A stretch of DNA of 24,677 nt from a virus (Duplodnaviria > Caudoviricetes): IMG/VR virus record IMGVR_UViG_3300037515_000541, positions 1 through 24,677 of that record. One strand, written 5' to 3'. Below are positions 1 to 6,084 of the stretch, piece after piece; position 1 is the stretch's first letter, and each line of letters starts with the position of its first letter. A program made the translations under genes and the position numbers. The notes below the pieces were generated by a model. It made no database searches. It saw nothing but the letters and a program-made list of their open reading frames with translations, and was not told where the DNA came from.

Positions 1-47
1 AAGCCGCCCTCTCAGGTAAACGTGAACAGTCTGCACTCAGGTTTTGT

Positions 48-305
48 GTGTGACAGACATGTGATGTCGGATAGTCAACCATCAGCGTCCGTCAGCATCC
101 AAAACGTGACACTCCTCCCTATAGGGGGACATGAGTGTCACCCCCCTATGGGAGTGGAGCACGTGACAGTGGCGTGACAGTGGTGTCACCCTGGTTTGAG
201 CCTGTCGTTGTTGGGGTTTTCGCCGGTGATGGTGGTGTGTCACCTTGGGAGTGTGACAGTGGTGTCACGTCTGTTGGAAGATTCTGGGTGTGACAGGGGT
301 GTCAC
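48..305. repeat. Array of GTGACA/TGTCAC hexamers including three 16-bp palindromes GTGACAG(T/G)GGTGTCAC; candidate replication origin or packaging site
   Basis: GTGACA at 50, 106, 163, 174, 253, 290; TGTCAC at 136, 184, 238, 263, 300; palindromes at 174-189, 253-268, 290-305; no credible ORF. Confidence 0.85.
106..154. repeat. Nested/overlapping inverted repeats around a CCCTATAGGG palindrome
   Basis: GTGACACTC (106-114) / GAGTGTCAC (133-141); CCCTATAGGG (117-126); ATAGGGGG (121-128) / CCCCCTAT (142-149); CTCCC (115-119) / GGGAG (150-154). Confidence 0.8.
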
Positions 306-343
306 TGCCTGGTATTGCAAGATAGTGGTGGGGCTGGTTGGTG

Positions 344-349
344 TAGGAT
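344..349 (+). promoter_or_regulatory. Putative -10 element (TAGGAT) for a leaderless transcript of the 356-532 gene
   Basis: TANNNT hexamer 6 nt before ATG 356, the typical actinobacterial leaderless geometry. Confidence 0.45.
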
Positions 350-355
350 GAGGCC

Positions 356-532
356 ATGTTGACTGTGCTGGGTTTCGGGCTGGGACTGTTTCTGTTGGCG
401 GCGGCTGTCACCACGGTGATTGTGGTGTTCGGTGCTGCCTGGGCTTCGCCGGGCGTCTTCTTCGGGACGATCGTCGTCTTCGTCGCGGTCGGATGGGTGT
501 GGGCGAAACTGGATGAGATCACCCGTTCCTGA
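356..532 (+). CDS. Small two-TM membrane protein, 58 aa (absent from ORF track)
   Basis: Manual translation MLTVLGFGLGLFLLAAAVTTVIVVFGAAWASPGVFFGTIVVFVAVGWVWAKLDEITRS*: two hydrophobic stretches and a charged C-tail; -10 box upstream. Confidence 0.7.
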   Translation: MLTVLGFGLGLFLLAAAVTTVIVVFGAAWASPGVFFGTIVVFVAVGWVWAKLDEITRS

Positions 533-701
533 CCGGACGATCCTTTCGGGGTCGGTCCGGACGGCATTCGGCGCATTCGTCGACGGTGCGGGCACGTCCG
601 ACGAGCGCCATGTTGGCGATGCCACGCCGGCCGCAGCCACGGCAGTAGACGTAGACACCGCCCGTCGGCTTCTTCCGTTTGCCGGATAGTGATGCGCTCA
701 T
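519..701 (-). CDS. Small basic zinc-ribbon protein, 60 aa
   Basis: CRGC...CAEC pair of CxxC motifs; ATG overlaps the upstream stop (TGATG at 701). Confidence 0.7.
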   Translation of the reverse strand: MSASLSGKRKKPTGGVYVYCRGCGRRGIANMALVGRARTVDECAECRPDRPRKDRPVRNG

Positions 702-931
702 CAGGGCGCCTTCGACGTGACATGCCAGCCGTCACAGTGGGGACAGCGGTAGACGTGGCCGCCACTGAATCCGGCGACGAGGACAGCGTTCGACTCGGTC
801 CTATATCGCACCTTGTGGGTGGGGCAGTCCTGCCGCCACGGATGCTGCCGGTTGATCCGGGCCGTGTTGCCCCGCCGCCACACCGCCCGATCCCGGTTGG
901 CGACGAGCCGCTGATGCTTCTTCGACGGCAT
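701..931 (-). CDS. Small Zn-binding phage protein, 76 aa (C...K.RY.T...A...Y.CP.C.GWH.TS type)
   Basis: Start reassigned to ATG 931, which overlaps the helicase stop (TGATG); motif CPTHKVRYRTESNA...VYRCPHCDGWHVTS resembles small actinophage proteins. Confidence 0.75.
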   Translation of the reverse strand: MPSKKHQRLVANRDRAVWRRGNTARINRQHPWRQDCPTHKVRYRTESNAVLVAGFSGGHVYRCPHCDGWHVTSKAP

Positions 932-2217
932 CAGAACGGGGCCGGCAGATAGTCGTCGACTTCGTCGGTGTTGCACCATTTCGCCGGGTTGCCTGCCAGT
1001 TCGGTGAACCTCGAGGCGTGCCGCCCCAAAGTGACACGGATCGTGTTGGCCGGTTTGTCGAGCCGGGCGGCCAGATCCGGCACCGACATCGGGTTGCCGG
1101 TGATGGCCAGAGCGACCTGTTCGACGGTCGGCATTTCTTCGTCGTGGGTGAACGACTGATGCGAGGCGATCTTCACCGACCGGTCACCGGCGAAGTTGAG
1201 GGACAGGGCGATGTCTTTGCGGGCGGCCGTGTTGTTCTGCTTCGTGTGTCTCATCCCGATGCGGATGAGACTGTCGGCATGGAACACTTGGAAGGCGTCC
1301 CATTCGTTGCGGACCGAATTGGTCATCACCACCGACCCGTAGCCGCCCAGCCCGGAGCGGGATTTCACCTGCGCCTTCGACTTGTGGTCGATGAGCAGGC
1401 AGGGGACGGCGAGCTCGTCGAGCGCCTCGAACAGTCGCACCGTCGAGTCTTCCGCCCCGCCCTCCCCGGATGAGCCGCGGGCCAGCATGACCGAGTCGAC
1501 GACGGCCATCACACAGCCGGTCGCTTCGATACGGCGTTGCACACCGATCGTCTGACGGTGCAGCGGGCCGCGCATGGCGAAGTAGTTGACGAGGCCCAGC
1601 CGGTCGACCGGCAGGCCGACCCCGTCGAGAAGCTGCCGCATCCGTTGGGAGTGGGTGGTGGCGTCTGACTCCCAATCCAGGTAGGCGACCGGTCCGGTGA
1701 CCTGCGGGTCGTCGACGGGGCATCGGCCGAATAGGCGTGCACCGGTGGCGACGGTGAGACCCATCGCCAACGCCAGATACGATTTGCCGGATCCACCCGC
1801 GGCGATCAGCCGGGAGTGGGCTCGCCGTTCCACGAATGGGGCGAGAAGCCAGCCGCCGGTCGTGTCAGGGGCGGCAGCCAGGTCGATCGGGTCTGGTCCT
1901 TCCCGGAACATTTCGATCACGTCGTGGACGGCGTCGTTGATGAACGGTTCCAACACGCCCTGCCGGTCTTCGTCGGTGGTGCCGTGCGCCTGATCCCACC
2001 GTTTGGCAATGCCGGGAACGGTGGTGTGGGCGAGGAGGTTCCACTGGCCGAAGACTGGTGGTGCCTTGCCGTCGACGACCGGCGAGTCCTTGTGATGCAA
2101 CTCCACCCACGCCTGCATCCCGCGGGAGTTGTAGACGATCCGGTCGATGCGGACCGTCACCCCGAAAGTGGACTTGTATTCCCATCCGTGTGGGACGGGA
2201 CGTTTGTCCCATTGCAC
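931..2217 (-). CDS. RecA-fold AAA_25 / RepA-like (SF4-type) helicase-like ATPase with C-terminal winged HTH, 428 aa
   Basis: Walker A AAGGSGKS, YLDWE, Walker B MAVVDS, IDHKSK, GYGSV, HTKQN; C-terminal MSVPDLAARLDKPANTIRVTLGR is HTH-like; GTG start. Confidence 0.85.
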   Translation of the reverse strand: MQWDKRPVPHGWEYKSTFGVTVRIDRIVYNSRGMQAWVELHHKDSPVVDGKAPPVFGQWNLLAHTTVPGIAKRWDQAHGTTDEDRQGVLEPFINDAVHDVIEMFREGPDPIDLAAAPDTTGGWLLAPFVERRAHSRLIAAGGSGKSYLALAMGLTVATGARLFGRCPVDDPQVTGPVAYLDWESDATTHSQRMRQLLDGVGLPVDRLGLVNYFAMRGPLHRQTIGVQRRIEATGCVMAVVDSVMLARGSSGEGGAEDSTVRLFEALDELAVPCLLIDHKSKAQVKSRSGLGGYGSVVMTNSVRNEWDAFQVFHADSLIRIGMRHTKQNNTAARKDIALSLNFAGDRSVKIASHQSFTHDEEMPTVEQVALAITGNPMSVPDLAARLDKPANTIRVTLGRHASRFTELAGNPAKWCNTDEVDDYLPAPF

Positions 2218-2223
2218 CGCCGG

Positions 2224-2502
2224 TCAGGCGGCGCGGCGCGGCTGATAGCCGTCGAGCCCGGACGTCTCGGCCAGGTTCCATGACAGGATCCGGGACACGA
2301 TCACCCACCGGTTCTCCGCCCAGGTGAGGGCGGCGACGGTTCCGGCGAACAGGATCGTCTGGACTGACATCAGAATCTGGGCCTGGTCAACGTCGACTCC
2401 GGCGGCGTCGACCCATTCGAGGATCGGGACGGCCGCTTCGACGAATGCGAGGGCTGTGAGCTGGGTGGCGGACCGGACGATACGAATGATGACCTGACGC
2501 AT
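2224..2502 (-). CDS. Putative holin-like membrane protein, 92 aa
   Basis: ATG 2502 with AAGGAG RBS; R.VRSATQ..ALA N-terminal helix and second hydrophobic helix ILFAGTVAALTWAENRW; reminiscent of actinophage holins. Confidence 0.55.
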   Translation of the reverse strand: MRQVIIRIVRSATQLTALAFVEAAVPILEWVDAAGVDVDQAQILMSVQTILFAGTVAALTWAENRWVIVSRILSWNLAETSGLDGYQPRRAA

Positions 2503-2535
2503 GATCGTCTCCTTCGTTGGCGTCAACCATTCGCA

Positions 2536-2572
2536 ACCATACCGTGTTTGTGTGCGTGACGCTGGCTATGCT
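2536..2572. promoter_or_regulatory. Divergent promoter pair flanking a GTTTGTGTGCG box
   Basis: Minus-strand TATGGT (2536-2541), plus-strand TATGCT (2567-2572, 8 nt before ATG 2581), box at 2546-2556; CAACCAT direct repeat at 2524 and 2534. Confidence 0.6.
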
Positions 2573-2580
2573 GCCGGCCC

Positions 2581-2748
2581 ATGCCTCGAACCGTCCGAAA
2601 TCGGAAAGCGCGGGTGCGGCCGATCCGTGACGCAGACGGCCGCCCCCGCGGGTTCACCGTCGAAACCGCTGACGGCCGGCAGGCGGCTGTGGTCCGCCCG
2701 GAGACGGTGCGGTTGCGGGTGTCGCTGTCAGGGAAGGAGAGACGCTGA
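2581..2748 (+). CDS. Small basic protein, 55 aa (absent from ORF track)
   Basis: Manual translation MPRTVRNRKARVRPIRDADGRPRGFTVETADGRQAAVVRPETVRLRVSLSGKERR*; stop overlaps the next ATG (TGATG); -10 box just upstream. Confidence 0.65.
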   Translation: MPRTVRNRKARVRPIRDADGRPRGFTVETADGRQAAVVRPETVRLRVSLSGKERR

Positions 2749-2966
2749 TGGGTCGTAAAACGGATCTGATTCGGGCGGAACTGGCGGTCGCCGAACTGGA
2801 GGAGGCGCTGGTCGCCGCCAAGACGGTCGGCAAACCCACCCCCGACGAGCTCAACAAGTTGAAGCAGGATCTCCGGTACGCCCGCAAGGACTTCCGTGGG
2901 CTGCGGGGCCCGGCCGGTGTGGCCGTCACCCCGGCGACGGTGGCCGCCAAGGCGAAGACCAACTGA
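2748..2966 (+). CDS. Small helical protein, 72 aa, ending in one copy of the fibre repeat motif
   Basis: GGAAGGAG RBS; coupled at both ends; C-terminal AVTPATVAAKA. Confidence 0.8.
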   Translation: MGRKTDLIRAELAVAELEEALVAAKTVGKPTPDELNKLKQDLRYARKDFRGLRGPAGVAVTPATVAAKAKTN

Positions 2967-3229
2967 TGGCCGAAATGATCGTCGACGAGGCGGCGGTCGG
3001 CGAATATCTCGGCGTCGCCTTCGACCAGGTTGCCCGCCCCCGTCTGCGTCCCAACCAGGTCCGCAACGTCGGAGTGCTCAACGCCCTCAACGCCCGCTGG
3101 TTCAACGCCCGGGACCTTCTCGCCGCACTCGCCTCCTTCGCCGAAGCCAACGATTCGGCGCTTCTCGCCGACGTGACCCGGCAACTGTCCGAAGGCACCA
3201 ACACTCCGATCCCCGACGGGAGGTTCTAA
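2966..3229 (+). CDS. Hypothetical phage protein, 87 aa
   Basis: TGATG coupling, GC-rich third codon positions, fills the gap exactly. Confidence 0.8.
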   Translation: MAEMIVDEAAVGEYLGVAFDQVARPRLRPNQVRNVGVLNALNARWFNARDLLAALASFAEANDSALLADVTRQLSEGTNTPIPDGRF

Positions 3230-3231
3230 CC

Positions 3232-3675
3232 ATGTCTATCACCGCTGCCGGGCTGTACGGGCTCACCATCGAAAAGATGCTGATCGACACGGCCGGCCAG
3301 TCGTTGGAGGCGGAAACCCACAAGGAACTGCTCGTCCAAGACGCCTACACGCCCGCCTTCGACACCCATGATTTCCGTGACGATGTCACCAACGAAGTGT
3401 CCGGCACCGGCTACACGGCCGGCGGGGTGACAGTCACAGCAACCGAGATCACGCTGGCGGCGGGGACACTCACCTTCGACATGGCCGACACGGTGTATAC
3501 GACGGTGACGATCACCGACGCCATGGCCGGAATCCACTATTTCAATGTGGGCACGGCAGCCACCGACCAGCTGGTCGTGTTGCAGGATTTCGTGACGTCG
3601 GCGAGCGCGACCGCCGCCAACTTCACCATCCAGCATCACGCCAACGGTGTGGCCACCATCGACTACACCCCCTAA
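3232..3675 (+). CDS. Virion structural protein, putative fibre subunit, 147 aa
   Basis: Start reassigned to ATG 3232 (GGGAGG RBS); YTP..DTHDF.DDVTNEVSGTGYTAGG...FD.AD...DF...NFTI pattern of a widespread phage beta-rich structural family, recognised from memory. Confidence 0.75.
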   Translation: MSITAAGLYGLTIEKMLIDTAGQSLEAETHKELLVQDAYTPAFDTHDFRDDVTNEVSGTGYTAGGVTVTATEITLAAGTLTFDMADTVYTTVTITDAMAGIHYFNVGTAATDQLVVLQDFVTSASATAANFTIQHHANGVATIDYTP

Positions 3676-3682
3676 TCCGCTC

Positions 3683-4273
3683 GTGACTTTCGCCTACATT
3701 CAGTGGGCGCTGGCCGACCCGGGCGACTGGGAGCCGTTCACCGTTGCGGACTGGGCGCAACTGCCCCGCCGACCGGAACCGCAGGCGGGGCAGATGGGCG
3801 GCCAAGACGACGTCAAAGGCTGGGCGGTCGCCGTCGACGTCTGCGGGATGGTCTACGAGATGTTCGACCGGCTCACCATCGTCCGCGGTGTCGGCCCGCA
3901 GGCCGGGGCGGTGTTCGTTCATCGGGTCGGTGACGACCCGGACGACTGGCCGGTGGGCCGGCGGTGGGCGATGGTCGACGAGATCAGGATGCCTCGCCCC
4001 GACCCGCGGTTCGGTGGCGCCGTCAACACTTGGATCCGCCAGACCGTCTACGCGGAAGCCGACTACCCGTACGGTGGGATCGTCGAGGATTGGACGGTGC
4101 CGGACGGTGCCAACGGGGTCGTCGCTCGCCGCCCGTTCGCTGATTATGCCGCCCCCAACAACGCCGGGCAGACCCGCCACATGTTCGGGGTGTGGCTCAC
4201 CGACAGCAAATACCGGGAGCATCAGCAGCGGCGAACCGTTCACAACTGGCGGGATTGGATCGGGGTGGACTGA
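3683..4273 (+). CDS. Trp-rich hypothetical protein, about 196 aa (start uncertain)
   Basis: GTG 3683 follows the previous stop; its stop overlaps the next ATG. Confidence 0.75.
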   Translation: MTFAYIQWALADPGDWEPFTVADWAQLPRRPEPQAGQMGGQDDVKGWAVAVDVCGMVYEMFDRLTIVRGVGPQAGAVFVHRVGDDPDDWPVGRRWAMVDEIRMPRPDPRFGGAVNTWIRQTVYAEADYPYGGIVEDWTVPDGANGVVARRPFADYAAPNNAGQTRHMFGVWLTDSKYREHQQRRTVHNWRDWIGVD

Positions 4274-6084
4274 TGGCTCAGGACACCTACTTCCTGGATA
4301 GCACAGCCCGGGCTATTGCCGGCGTCACGATCGACAACGAGCTTGCCATGGAAACGTCGGTCGGCTCCGGGACGAGCACCGGCGAGTCGGCAGGCTCCGG
4401 GACGGGCGTCATCTCAGAGTGGGCTTGGGCGACCGAGAGCACCGCAGTCGACTTGGCGACCTGGCCCGCCGGCGACTGGCAAATGACCATTGATATTCAG
4501 TCGATCGACGCCGACCTCGAAGTCGCCCAGCTCCTCGTCCAGCGACGAGATCTGACGGGATCGTTGATCAACAACATCATTGTCGAGGAGGTCAATGTCA
4601 CCACCACTGGACTCCACTCGACCTCGGTCACGCCGTTCACTGAGGAAACCAACAACTCTGACGATCTGATTGTGGGCGTGGCGCAACTGGACGATCTCCG
4701 CTCCCACGGTGGCGGCACCCTGTTCTGCACCCTCCAGTTCAACGCGAACACGACGGTCACCACCCCGTTCAGTTCCGGCACCGCCGTCACCCCCGCCACG
4801 GTGGCCGCCGTCGCCACTGTGCCCACTCCTGCCGTCGTCGTCCCCGGCACAGCGAACCCGGCCACCGTCGCCGCCACTGCCGCGATTCCCACCCCGCAGC
4901 CGTCGATCCCGGCCACTCCGACCCCGGCCGTCGTCCCCGCGGTAGCCGCGGTTCCCACCCCGGACGTTGCCGCGGCCGCGCTCGTCACCCCAGCCTCGGT
5001 GCCCGCCGTCGTCACCGTCCCCATCCCGCAGCCGGCGGCGGCGTCCGTCGTCGCACCCGACCCGATCACCGCCGTCGCCACTGTGCCCACCCCGGAAGCG
5101 TCGTCGGCTCCGATCGTCACCCCCGCCTCGGTGACGGTCGTTGTCGCCGTGCCCAGCCCGACCGTGGCCGCCGCCGCGGTGGTCACCGTTGCCGCCGTTG
5201 CCGTGGTTGCCACCGTTCCCACCCCGACCGTCGACGTGGCCGGTGACACCGTCGTCACCCCCGACATGGTGGCTGCTGTCGCCGCGGTTCCCGATCCCGC
5301 CGTACAGGGTGGCGCCGTCGTCACCCCGGCAGCCGTCGCCGCAGCCGCCGCGGTTCCCGGACCGGAGGCGCAGGCCGCCGCGGTTGTCAGCCCCGCCGTC
5401 GTCCCGGCCACCGTCGCCATCCCGCAGGCTGTCATCGAAGCGGCCGCCGCGGTCGCCCCGGCGATGGTCGCCGCTATCGCCACCGTGCCGACCCCGACCG
5501 TCGACACCGCCGGCGGAGACATCTCTGTCACCCCGGATCCGGTGGCGGCGGTCGCCGCCGTCCCCGCACCGGACGTGTCTGCGGAGGCCACGGTCACACC
5601 GCTGGCGGTCGCCGCCATCATCACCGTTCCCACCCCGACCGTCACCGGCGGTGTCGCCGCCACAGTCACCCCCGCCGTCGTCGCCGCCATCGTCGCCGTA
5701 CCCGCACCGGACGTGTCTGCGGCGGTGGTTGTCAGTCCCGAACCGGTGATCCTGTTCGTCGCCGTGTTCACGCCGACCGTCACCGGCCAGCTCGTCGTCA
5801 TCACCGCCCGCCAGCCCGCCCGGTTCTACCGGAACACGGGCGACACCCGACTGGTGCTCATGCCGCTGGGCCGCAGCCAGGCTCGAGGGTTGAAATCGTC
5901 TGACTGGCAGACGGTGAGCGCCATGTTCATCCTCAACACCGGCGAGCAGAACACGGTGATGGGGAATCTGGCCGCCGTGTGGGCCGCCAACCAGGGCGCA
6001 TCACAGTCGGTGCTCACCGACGCTGTCAACGCCCGCCTGCAAGACCTCGGCTACCGCGGGGTTGGGGGGGCGGATCTGACATGA
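4273..6084 (+). CDS. Repeat-containing fibre/minor virion protein, 603 aa
   Basis: ATG 4273 (TGATG); about 170-aa beta-rich N-domain, 15 V/T/P/A repeats, about 95-aa C-domain. Confidence 0.8.
   Translation: MAQDTYFLDSTARAIAGVTIDNELAMETSVGSGTSTGESAGSGTGVISEWAWATESTAVDLATWPAGDWQMTIDIQSIDADLEVAQLLVQRRDLTGSLINNIIVEEVNVTTTGLHSTSVTPFTEETNNSDDLIVGVAQLDDLRSHGGGTLFCTLQFNANTTVTTPFSSGTAVTPATVAAVATVPTPAVVVPGTANPATVAATAAIPTPQPSIPATPTPAVVPAVAAVPTPDVAAAALVTPASVPAVVTVPIPQPAAASVVAPDPITAVATVPTPEASSAPIVTPASVTVVVAVPSPTVAAAAVVTVAAVAVVATVPTPTVDVAGDTVVTPDMVAAVAAVPDPAVQGGAVVTPAAVAAAAAVPGPEAQAAAVVSPAVVPATVAIPQAVIEAAAAVAPAMVAAIATVPTPTVDTAGGDISVTPDPVAAVAAVPAPDVSAEATVTPLAVAAIITVPTPTVTGGVAATVTPAVVAAIVAVPAPDVSAAVVVSPEPVILFVAVFTPTVTGQLVVITARQPARFYRNTGDTRLVLMPLGRSQARGLKSSDWQTVSAMFILNTGEQNTVMGNLAAVWAANQGASQSVLTDAVNARLQDLGYRGVGGADLT
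4783..5793 (+). repeat. 15 degenerate coding tandem repeats, 22 aa (66 nt), three units of 24-25 aa
   Basis: Consensus xVTPAxVxAVAxVPxPxVxxxA, from AVTPATVAAVATVPTPAVVVPG to VVSPEPVILFVAVFTPTVTGQL. Confidence 0.9.

Noticed and set aside
48-305. CRISPR array or CRP/GlxR sites
   Set aside because: Repeats are only 6-16 bp with irregular spacing and no cas genes. Half-site spacing is GTGA-N8-TCAC, not the N6 of CRP-family sites.
4497-5804. 435-aa minus-strand ORF
   Set aside because: Antisense shadow of the repeat gene; GC-rich codons leave the reverse frame stop-free.
6064-6070. G7 run as a frameshift fusing the fibre protein to terminase
   Set aside because: The ATGA overlap at 6081 explains the junction, the run may simply act as an RBS, and the fusion has no obvious rationale.
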